Shown here: positions 49,589 to 57,812 of the stretch, in pieces
How positions within the stretch are numbered: position 1 is the first letter of the stretch
How the letters are laid out: each line of letters starts with the position of its first letter
Source: Candidatus Parcubacteria bacterium
GTDB taxonomy: Bacteria > Patescibacteriota > Minisyncoccia > Sungbacterales > SURF-37
DNA length: 64,000 bases
Assembly (NCBI GenBank): GCA_003599755.1
Contig: QZJO01000009.1
Span: forward strand, 22,140-86,139
Reading direction: 5' to 3'
The notes under the pieces: model-generated
What the model was told of the DNA's origin: nothing
What the model saw: the letters and a program-made list of their open reading frames with translations, nothing else
The model's database searches: none
Program-made: the position numbers and the translations under genes

Positions 49589-49803
49589 AAATTACTTCGT
49601 AATTTCGGCATGCTGCCGAGTCAATTACACCATGCCTTCGGCATATGTAATTGTTCCCAGGCATCCTACTGCGTCTGCCCTGTGCTGTAGCTTCGAGCGT
49701 ACTCGTAATGCCCGTTCAAAGCAAAGCCCTTTGCTTTGAACCCGCTCTACCACCTGCGCGAATAACTCCGTAATTACCGTACCTGATTTTCCCGCGCTTT
49801 CGA

Positions 49804-49875
49804 AGCCACCTCTCGGATTTGAACCGAGGACCTACTGTTTACAAAACAGTTGCTCTGCCGCTGAGCTAAGGTGGC
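49804..49875 (-). tRNA. tRNA-Thr(TGT)
   Basis: GCCACCT acceptor, ACTGT-TTTGTAA-ACAGT anticodon arm, GGTTCAAATCC. Confidence 0.95.
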
Positions 49876-49922
49876 AACGAAAGGGCGGGACTGCTCTGCC
49901 GGCAGAAGAGTCTGCCGCGTTG

Positions 49923-50573
49923 CTACGCGATCGATATATCGCTCTCGCTGACGGCCGCTGTTTTTTTCTTCGACATGCGGCGGGGCTTCGGATTCGCTGC
50001 ATCAGCGTCCCCCATTCCGGACGCCGAGCGAACGCGCAATCGTTTCGGGCGCGCGATCACGGTTGATTGCAATGTTCTCTCGATACGACTCGGGACGAGT
50101 ACGGATACGGCTTCGGCAGCGGCGGCTTCAACCGGCGGCGCGATCGGCGAAATCGCGACTTCGGCCCGCGCCGATTTCGGCTCGGCCGGCGCATCGGATA
50201 CGAGCCGCGTATCGGTTTTGAACCCTTTCAGATTCTCCCAGTAACGCTGCCGCTCTTCCGCAAAGTCGCGGCTTTTGGCTTCCAAGATCGACGCAAGATG
50301 ATATACGGAGCGCTCCATGCGGAGTAGGCGCACGCGGATCAAATTGAGCGCCCAGAGTGCCGTCGTATACCAAAGATCATAGTAGCGCTGCTCGCGGAAG
50401 AACCGCGCGACCGCTTCCACGAGGCGCTTGAGGCGGCTCGGGCGCGTGACGAAACTTTCCTCAATCAATTGCTGCGGCACCTGCAAGAGCAGCGGGATCT
50501 TGCGCCACACGAGGACGCCCGCACCGCCGAAGCTCGCCAGGAATACCGCGAGCAGAGTCAGATCGAGAGCCAT
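49923..50573 (-). CDS. Hypothetical membrane-anchored protein
   Basis: N-terminal TM (...WRKIPLL); follows tsf. Confidence 0.7.
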   Translation of the reverse strand: MALDLTLLAVFLASFGGAGVLVWRKIPLLLQVPQQLIEESFVTRPSRLKRLVEAVARFFREQRYYDLWYTTALWALNLIRVRLLRMERSVYHLASILEAKSRDFAEERQRYWENLKGFKTDTRLVSDAPAEPKSARAEVAISPIAPPVEAAAAEAVSVLVPSRIERTLQSTVIARPKRLRVRSASGMGDADAANPKPRRMSKKKTAAVSESDISIA

Positions 50574-50585
50574 AAAAGCGTTGGG

Positions 50586-51029
50586 TTAGAGTTCGAACCG
50601 GGTGAAATTCCCGATCTGGATATTCTCGCCGAACGTGCCGATCGCCTCCTTTACCAATTCACCGATGCGGCGGGACGGATTGCGCACGAATTCTTGTTCT
50701 TCAAGCTCTGCCCGGTCCTGCGGCGCCATGGCCGCGATATGAAGCGCTAGGTCATGGGCGAGTTCCTTGAATTTGGGATTGCGCGCCACGAAGTCGGTTT
50801 CGCACTGGAGCTCGATCATCGCGCCGATCCTCCCGTTTTGGTGGATATAGGCGTCCACGAGGCCGGCTTTGACTTCTCGGGCGGCCTTCTTCTCGGCGAT
50901 CGCGCCGAGCTTGGTTTTAAGGATATCACGGGCGCGCTCGAGGTTATCCCCGCTCTCGGCCAGGGCCGCGCGGATCTCACCGATAGAGGCACCCGTCTCC
51001 TCCCGGAGCTGCTTCAACGCTTCAATCAT
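50586..51029 (-). CDS. tsf: Elongation factor Ts (short form)
   Basis: LREETGA, YIHQNGRIG, CETDFVARN, GENIQI..FTRF. Confidence 0.95.
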   Translation of the reverse strand: MIEALKQLREETGASIGEIRAALAESGDNLERARDILKTKLGAIAEKKAAREVKAGLVDAYIHQNGRIGAMIELQCETDFVARNPKFKELAHDLALHIAAMAPQDRAELEEQEFVRNPSRRIGELVKEAIGTFGENIQIGNFTRFEL

Positions 51030-51862
51030 ACACGCGGTTTACCCTGAGCGGCGTCGAGGGATGCCGTGCCATTGGCCGCTGCGCCGGCCCCGAGCGGCGT
51101 CGAGGGGGTCGGGGCTGTTTCTTGGTTGCGAGCCGCCTCGGCGCCTTCGGCAAAGGCGCCGCGCATGCGGCCGAGCAGATACTGGAGCGATGGCCGGGCG
51201 TCGTCATTGGCCGGGATGGGATAGGTCACCATGCGCGGATCGGTGTTCGTGTCAGTGAGCGCCACGACCGGGATCTTCATGCGGCGCGCCTCGCGCAGCG
51301 CCGATGCATCATGGGCGATGTCGATGATCACCATGAGGTCGGGCATCTTCGTCAAACGGCGAAGGCCGTTGAAGTTCTGGTTCAGGCGGGCGATTTCTTT
51401 TTCTTTTTCCAGCTGCTCTTTCTTGGTGTATTTTTCGAAGCCGCCGGTCGCGCGCTCTTGCTCGAGTCCCTCCATGGTCTCCACGCGCTTGCGGACCACC
51501 TTGAAATTTGTCAGCGTGCCGCCGATCCAACGCTCGGTCACCGCGGGGTAGCCAAGCTGGATAGCCATGTCGCTGACCAGCGCGCGCGACGAAGGCCGCG
51601 TGCCCACGAGGAGCACGAGCTTCTTGGCCGCGGCCGCTTGCTTGAGCACGGCCAGGGCATGGTCCAGAAGTTCCTTAGTTTTAGTCAGGTCAATGATCTC
51701 GACGTTATTCCGGACACCCCAAAGATACGGCATCATGCCGGGATTGCGCCGGGACCGGCTGTGGCCCAGGTGCACCCCTGCGGCCATCATGTCTTCAATC
51801 TCAGGATCCACCGGGGTGTTGATCTCGGCGGGATTCAGCTTTTCCGATTGGGCGGTCGTCAT
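51026..51862 (-). CDS. rpsB: 30S ribosomal protein S2
   Basis: AGVHLGH, RWIGGTLTNF, DTNTDP, IPANDDA. Confidence 0.97.
   Translation of the reverse strand: MTTAQSEKLNPAEINTPVDPEIEDMMAAGVHLGHSRSRRNPGMMPYLWGVRNNVEIIDLTKTKELLDHALAVLKQAAAAKKLVLLVGTRPSSRALVSDMAIQLGYPAVTERWIGGTLTNFKVVRKRVETMEGLEQERATGGFEKYTKKEQLEKEKEIARLNQNFNGLRRLTKMPDLMVIIDIAHDASALREARRMKIPVVALTDTNTDPRMVTYPIPANDDARPSLQYLLGRMRGAFAEGAEAARNQETAPTPSTPLGAGAAANGTASLDAAQGKPRV
51042..51107. repeat. Two copies of the CCCYGAGCGGCGTCGAGGG palindrome inside the rpsB 3' end
   Basis: 51042-51060 and 51088-51107. Confidence 0.7.
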
Positions 51863-52025
51863 ACTGAACGAGCATAGCACCTTGCGGCCCGGGAGGCAAT
51901 ATGCTAGCATTCATCCCGTTACAGCCGCTTCGGCCGGTTTGAGCCGGCACGGCGCGCGTAAAGATGCCTGATCCCGGCTTCCTGAAATTTACATCGTGTT
52001 TTGCGGCGGTAACGGGATTCATATA

Positions 52026-52235
52026 ATGAAGACCGACATTCACCCGACATATCATCCCCAGGCCAAGGTTTCCTGCGCCTGCGGCAACACCTTTACCGTG
52101 GGCTCCGCCAAGGAGCGCCTGGAAGTTGAAATTTGTTCGAAATGCCACCCGTTCTACACGGGGGGCTCCAAAATCGTGGATACCGCGGGACGCGTGGAGA
52201 AGTTCCGCCAGCGCCTCGCCAAAAAGAAGAAATAA
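52026..52235 (+). CDS. rpmE: 50S ribosomal protein L31 (Zn-binding type)
   Basis: [26 protein letters not shown]. Confidence 0.97.
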   Translation: MKTDIHPTYHPQAKVSCACGNTFTVGSAKERLEVEICSKCHPFYTGGSKIVDTAGRVEKFRQRLAKKKK

Positions 52236-52286
52236 GGAACGACGAAATCCCGCCAGGGCGGATCTGGGCGGGATTTTGCTACTTTC

Positions 52287-53183
52287 ATGGCCAGTCGCGA
52301 CGAATTACTCGAACGCAAAGCCGAACTCGAACGCCAGCTTTCCGATCCGGCGGTGCTTTCCGATCCCGCAAAAATCAAAGCGGCAAGCATCGAATACGGC
52401 CGCGTCGAACACGAACTCCAGGCGCTCGAGCGCGGCGGCGGGACCGAAGGCCTCGGCGCCCGGCAGTTGATTCTCGAAATCCGCGCGGGCACGGGCGGCG
52501 ATGAAGCGGCCCTCTTTGCCGGCGAGCTTATGGGCATGTACGAGGCCTACGCCCGAAAGCGCGGCTGGGCCGTTACAACGGTGGATTCAAACCCGACGAC
52601 GCTCGGCGGCATCAAGGACGCAACGCTTGAGATCACCGGCAAAGACGCGTTCGACGTGTTCCAGCACGAAGCGGGCGTGCACCGGGTGCAGCGCATTCCG
52701 GCTACGGAAAAAACCGGGCGTATCCACACCTCGACCGCATCGGTCGCCGTACTGCCGATTGCCCAGGAATCGGACATCGAAATCAAGCCGCAGGATATCG
52801 AACTGGAATTTTCCCGCTCCGGCGGCGCGGGCGGCCAGAACGTGAACAAAGTGGAGACCGCGGTGCGCATCATCCACAAACCCACCGGCATTGCCGTGCG
52901 CTCGCAGGATTCGCGCTCCCAACAGAAGAACCGCGAAACAGCGATGATGATCCTCCGCTCGAAACTGCTCGAGATCCAAAAGAGTACTGCGGCGACTCAA
53001 ACCGCTGAAGCGCGGCGCGAACAGATCGGCAGTGCGGAGCGGTCGGAAAAAATCCGAACCTATAATTTCCCCCAAGACCGTATTACTGACCATCGCATCA
53101 AGAAAAGTTTCCACAATATCCCCGAGATCCTCGCCGGAAAGCTGGATCCGATCGTTGAAGCATTCCAAACGGCGGCACCCTAA
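52287..53183 (+). CDS. prfA: Peptide chain release factor 1 (shortened N-domain)
   Basis: [14 protein letters not shown] motif (RIPATE), [18 protein letters not shown]. Confidence 0.93.
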   Translation: MASRDELLERKAELERQLSDPAVLSDPAKIKAASIEYGRVEHELQALERGGGTEGLGARQLILEIRAGTGGDEAALFAGELMGMYEAYARKRGWAVTTVDSNPTTLGGIKDATLEITGKDAFDVFQHEAGVHRVQRIPATEKTGRIHTSTASVAVLPIAQESDIEIKPQDIELEFSRSGGAGGQNVNKVETAVRIIHKPTGIAVRSQDSRSQQKNRETAMMILRSKLLEIQKSTAATQTAEARREQIGSAERSEKIRTYNFPQDRITDHRIKKSFHNIPEILAGKLDPIVEAFQTAAP

Positions 53184-53335
53184 ACCGCGCCTGACATAGT
53201 CAGGCGCGGTCGGGCGATCCGTCGGAGCGGGTTTAGCATAGCGAAGCGATCCTTGCCGGGAACATGGATCCGGTCGCCGAAAGCTTCTCGGAATCGGGAA
53301 ACGAACCCGCCGCGGCGGGTTTTGCATAGCCGGGA

Positions 53336-54784
53336 TTACGGATTGATTGCCCGCTCGATGTCCGCAGCCAAGGTCTGGATACGATTGGCGTATGCGATAC
53401 AGGCGCTCCGCGCCGCGCCGCTTGCGGGACAATTCGGCCGGCCGCTGATATAGGTGCGCGCCGCACGAATTTCGCCATCGCGCGTTTTCGAAGCCGCGCC
53501 GGATTCGGACAGAAACACGGCCGACGCGGTAAAGGCGTCCTCGATATTCCAAGGATTCGGCGGTTTATGGCCGGTAATAGTGCCGACTTTATCCGAGAAC
53601 AAAAGCCAGGTGGATGCGATGAACTGCGCCGGACCCATGGCGCCGCCGCAACCGTAGGACGGCCGCCGCGATACCGGCATTTGCGTGTCGGGATCAAGGC
53701 CGAGCCCTTCGGCGATTTTGAAAAACGCGCGCTTCTCCGCCTCAGCCACGGACGTGCGGCCGAAGCTGACGTAGCAGTCGTACATGTCGGTTTTCCAGTG
53801 GCCGGTGCCGAGATTCGTGCCCACGGTAATCACCCCGTTTTGGAATTGGCGACCGGTCTCGACTTCCAGAAGCGCCAAAAGAAACGCCGTACGGATGCCG
53901 GTGCGATTCGCGGCAAGCTGGGCATACTGCAGCGCTTCGGCCGCGCTGACGCCGGTGCGCTCCAAATAGTACAGCTGCTGCCGCAAGGCCTGAAGATCTT
54001 GTTTGCGCTGGGCAAGCAGCGTCTGGTACGCCGCTTCGCGGCCTTTGGTAATTTTGAGCAGTTGATCTTTCTCGGTGCGCTTGGCCTGAACCCCGCGCCG
54101 CTCCTGCTCGGAGATGGCTTTCAATTGCTGCTGTTCGGCGCGATAGTCCTCGAGCTCTACCTTTTGGAGCGCCAGCAATTCGCGGTTCTCGCGCAGACCC
54201 GAGACCAATTGGACGATTTGTCCTTGAAGATCACGCATGTTATCAAGCGCGATCAAAAAATCGGAGAGCGAATCGTTTTTCGCGAACGAAACGATCAAGC
54301 TCTCGCGCTCATAGGCATCGAGTGTTTGCAAATGCCGGCCCAAAAGATCGCGATTGGTATCGATGCGGCCGGTCAGATCGTCGATGCCCGCGATTTTGAC
54401 CTGGATATCGAGTTCCGCCTCGCGGATCTCGAGCGCCAAGCGCTGGATCTCGATCTCCCGGCGGCGGATCTCGGCGTCGAACGTGCGGATTTGCGACTGG
54501 AGCGTTCGCGCTTCGCCCTGCGCCTGGTCGATTTGCACGTCCAATACGGCCGCTTCTCGTTCGAGCGCTTCGATCTGCTGGCGGAGTGAATCGCGTTGGC
54601 CTTGACTGGGCGCATCCTGCGCACGCAACGGCACGGCAAACAAGAACGTCGCGCCGACGGCTGCGGCAAGCGCTCCGATGATGATCGCTTTTGTTGCGGC
54701 GCGGCCCGCCTGCCCTCCTCCGGCGGATGAACCGGCGGGTAGGCGGATGTCCGCTCGCCGTTGCATTCCCGACTGCATCGGCAT
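53336..54784 (-). CDS. Coiled-coil protein with C-terminal lytic-transglycosylase-like domain
   Basis: TM anchor, long coiled coil, LLEVET, GGAMGPAQFIASTW, NPWNIEDAF. Confidence 0.8.
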   Translation of the reverse strand: MPMQSGMQRRADIRLPAGSSAGGGQAGRAATKAIIIGALAAAVGATFLFAVPLRAQDAPSQGQRDSLRQQIEALEREAAVLDVQIDQAQGEARTLQSQIRTFDAEIRRREIEIQRLALEIREAELDIQVKIAGIDDLTGRIDTNRDLLGRHLQTLDAYERESLIVSFAKNDSLSDFLIALDNMRDLQGQIVQLVSGLRENRELLALQKVELEDYRAEQQQLKAISEQERRGVQAKRTEKDQLLKITKGREAAYQTLLAQRKQDLQALRQQLYYLERTGVSAAEALQYAQLAANRTGIRTAFLLALLEVETGRQFQNGVITVGTNLGTGHWKTDMYDCYVSFGRTSVAEAEKRAFFKIAEGLGLDPDTQMPVSRRPSYGCGGAMGPAQFIASTWLLFSDKVGTITGHKPPNPWNIEDAFTASAVFLSESGAASKTRDGEIRAARTYISGRPNCPASGAARSACIAYANRIQTLAADIERAINP

Positions 54785-54799
54785 GGTATGCGGTTAGCG

Positions 54800-55480
54800 T
54801 TACGACCCTGCTTCTTCGGTAGCGGCCTCTTCGGCAGCTTTGGCCTCGGCTTTGATTTCTCGTTCGGTTTTGACTTCTTCCACGCCTTCGGCCGCTTCCG
54901 GCTTTGCCAGCTCTTCCAGTTCCGCTTCCGAGCGCGGCGCCTCGATCAGCGCGACCACTTCATCGGCATCGGCTTCGATCGTGACGCCCTGGGGCGCGGC
55001 AATATCGCGAACATGGATTTTCGCGCCGATAGCATTCAGCGCTTCGATGGAAATTTCGATCTCGTGCGGCAAGTCCTTGGGCAGCGCCGAGACCGGCAAT
55101 TCATGGATAACTTTGACCAAAATACCGCCTTCATTTTTCACCGCAGCCGACTCGCCCGTAAAGGCGAGCGGAATCTTGGCCTCGATGGGCTTGTCCATGC
55201 GCACGGCATAGAAATCAGCATGGATGGGCTTGAGCGTCAGCGGGTCCTTAGCGACGTCATGGATCAGCACGTTGAAGGTCTTGCCGCCTTCCACGGCAAT
55301 GCTGACCAAGCTCGTCTCCCCCGCCTCTTTGAGGGTCTTGCGGAATTCATCGAGGGAAACGGCAAGCGACATGGCCGGTACGTTCTCGCCATAGAGCACA
55401 ACCGGCAAAAACCCCTCACGGCGGAGGGATTGCACCTTTTTTCCCGTTATTTCGCGCGGTTTTGCTGCCAAAGTCGGCAT
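54800..55480 (-). CDS. rplY: 50S ribosomal protein L25/Ctc
   Basis: LRREGFLPVVLYG, IHADFY, LPKDLP. Confidence 0.95.
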   Translation of the reverse strand: MPTLAAKPREITGKKVQSLRREGFLPVVLYGENVPAMSLAVSLDEFRKTLKEAGETSLVSIAVEGGKTFNVLIHDVAKDPLTLKPIHADFYAVRMDKPIEAKIPLAFTGESAAVKNEGGILVKVIHELPVSALPKDLPHEIEISIEALNAIGAKIHVRDIAAPQGVTIEADADEVVALIEAPRSEAELEELAKPEAAEGVEEVKTEREIKAEAKAAEEAATEEAGS

Positions 55481-55533
55481 AAAAAGCAATGTAGCATACA
55501 GAACCGGACTCGGCCAGAGCCCCGGGGATATCT

Positions 55534-56502
55534 CTAGCCCTTGACGATGTTGGGGGGCGTCTTGCCTTCTAGGGCGGCGATAATGTTCTCGGCCGCAATG
55601 CGGCTCATCTCCTGCCGGGCTTGATCCGTGGCCGAAGCGATATGCGGAGTCAGGATAACGGTATCCAGTTCCGTAAGGCCCGGCGTCAGTTTGGGCTCGA
55701 ACTCCCATACATCGAGCGCCGCGCCGCGGATGCGCTTAGCCCTCAGCGCGTCCAGGAGTGCGGCCTCATCCACCACTGGACCGCGCGACGTATTTACCAG
55801 ATACGCCGTCGGCTTCATGAGGGCGAGCCGCTCGGCGTTGATCAAATGCTTGGTCGTCGGCAAAAGCGGCACGTGAATGGATACGATATCCGCTTCGCGG
55901 AGCACGTCGTCCACGTTTGCCGAGAATACCGCGCCCGATTCTTTCTCGAATGCTTCGTTGCGGACGACATCGTAGTACAGGGTCGGCATCTCGAACCCGC
56001 GCGCATGAAACGCAACGCGCGATCCGATGCGGCCGAGGCCCACGATGCCCAGGGTCTTTCCCGAAATTTCCTGCCCGAGCAGCAGTTCCGGCTCCCAGCC
56101 CTGGTATTTGCCGGCGCGCGAAAAGCGGTCGGCTTCGGGGATGCGGTGCGCAATGGCCAGGATGAGCGCGAAAGCAAACTCGGCGACGGAATTGGTCAGC
56201 ACGCCCGGCGTATTGGTCACGAATATCGCGCGCTCGGCCGCGGCTTTGATGTCCACGTTATCGAAGCCGACCGCGTAGTTGGCGAAGATTTTGACTTGCT
56301 TGCCCGCCGCATCCATGACGTCGGCATCGATCTTGTCAGTCAGCAAGCACAGCACCGCATCGTAGCCGCCGGCTTTGAGTTTGGCGATAAGCTCCTCCTT
56401 GGTCAGAACTCGATCCTCGGAGCTGACCGTGACCTCGTGCCCCCTTTCTTGGAGCAGCTTGATGCCGCGATCCGGGATATTGCGCGTGATGAAAATTTTC
56501 AT
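55534..56502 (-). CDS. D-glycerate dehydrogenase/glyoxylate reductase family
   Basis: AVGFDNVD, GLGRIG, NTSRG, LDVWEFEP, PHIASA. Confidence 0.93.
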   Translation of the reverse strand: MKIFITRNIPDRGIKLLQERGHEVTVSSEDRVLTKEELIAKLKAGGYDAVLCLLTDKIDADVMDAAGKQVKIFANYAVGFDNVDIKAAAERAIFVTNTPGVLTNSVAEFAFALILAIAHRIPEADRFSRAGKYQGWEPELLLGQEISGKTLGIVGLGRIGSRVAFHARGFEMPTLYYDVVRNEAFEKESGAVFSANVDDVLREADIVSIHVPLLPTTKHLINAERLALMKPTAYLVNTSRGPVVDEAALLDALRAKRIRGAALDVWEFEPKLTPGLTELDTVILTPHIASATDQARQEMSRIAAENIIAALEGKTPPNIVKG

Positions 56503-56514
56503 GGCATTTTATGA

Positions 56515-56901
56515 TTAGCGGCCGGAGCGACGCATGACCGCGCGGCCGATGTTTGTTATGGCATACAATGTCAGCGCCCATCCGACGAACAGGGCGGTGA
56601 GCTGAAATACGGAATTACTCGTCGCGAAGTTGGAAACGAGCGACCAATAGCGGATTCCGATCGCGCCGCCATAAATCGCGGCAGCCGCGAGGATAAGCCA
56701 AAACGCATGATACCACGCTAAACCCAAAAGCCCGATCGCGAAGCCCAAAAGCGCTCCGGCAGCCAAAAACCCATAGACGAACGCCGAGGCCCATCCCGCG
56801 CTTTCCAGGGGGATCAGCGCAAGCACCGCCAGTGCCGCGCCGGCCAAGATTACGGCCGTGCCGAGCGCAATGGTGATTGCGCGCTTCGATGAGTTAGTCA
56901 T
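56515..56901 (-). CDS. Hypothetical 4TM protein
   Basis: Hydrophobic; ATGA-coupled to fba. Confidence 0.7.
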   Translation of the reverse strand: MTNSSKRAITIALGTAVILAGAALAVLALIPLESAGWASAFVYGFLAAGALLGFAIGLLGLAWYHAFWLILAAAAIYGGAIGIRYWSLVSNFATSNSVFQLTALFVGWALTLYAITNIGRAVMRRSGR

Positions 56902-57764
56902 ATGCGATCCATTGCTCCGAATAATTTCAGCTTTTCTTCGATCACTTTAGCCATAGTTTGCTCCGCTTCGCGATAAAGCTTGTACGGCGTCGTCTCGTCC
57001 GGATGCTCGGATAAATCCTGGCGCAGGCCCCGCACAAACGCCACTCGGAGTTCCGTATTGACGTGGATATTCGCGATGCCCGCCGCGATCGCCGCTTTGA
57101 TTTGATCCTCGGGAATGCCCGATCCGCCATGCAGCACGAGCGCCACCGATTCGGGCACGCGCGCGCGTACGGCGCGGATGCGCTCGATATCGAGCGCGGG
57201 CTCGTCCAGGGCGATGCCGTGCGAGTTGCCGACCGCCGGCGCAAGACGATCCACGCCCGTCTCGGCGACGAAATGCTCGGCCTGATCCGGGTCGGTCAGA
57301 TCTTCGGGTTTGATCTCGATTTTTTCCTTTTGCAATTTCGACTCGCCGCGTAAATACCCCAGCTCTCCTTCCACGACCACGCCGGCGTTTTTTGCGCGCG
57401 CGTAGATCACGACCTCTTTCGTACCGGCCAGATTCTCCGCGAACGGCTTTGCAGACAGATCGATGTGCACCGAATCGTACCCCGCGTCTACCGCCGCTTT
57501 GGCCGTCTCGACGGATTTGGAATGATCAGCATTGAGAAACACCGGAATGCCAAACTCATGGCGGAGTGCCGAACGCAGCGCCACGGCTTCGGCAAGTCCC
57601 ATGTGGTCGCGCTCGCCTTCGGAAGTGCCGATCATGGCCGGACTTTTGAGATCCCGGCATACGCGGCAAATCACCCGCATCTGCTCAAGATTCGACGCGT
57701 TGAAATGGCCGACGGCCCAGCCCTCGGTCCTCGCGCGCTTCAAAATATCGGATAGCGATTCCAT
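56898..57764 (-). CDS. fba: Class II fructose-bisphosphate aldolase
   Basis: ADH, VEGELG, VGNSHG, VLHGGSG, VNTE. Confidence 0.92.
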   Translation of the reverse strand: MESLSDILKRARTEGWAVGHFNASNLEQMRVICRVCRDLKSPAMIGTSEGERDHMGLAEAVALRSALRHEFGIPVFLNADHSKSVETAKAAVDAGYDSVHIDLSAKPFAENLAGTKEVVIYARAKNAGVVVEGELGYLRGESKLQKEKIEIKPEDLTDPDQAEHFVAETGVDRLAPAVGNSHGIALDEPALDIERIRAVRARVPESVALVLHGGSGIPEDQIKAAIAAGIANIHVNTELRVAFVRGLRQDLSEHPDETTPYKLYREAEQTMAKVIEEKLKLFGAMDRI

Positions 57765-57812
57765 GCCGTAATTATAAAGCGCCCTCGCCGGAAGGGCGAG
57801 GGCGTTTCGGGG

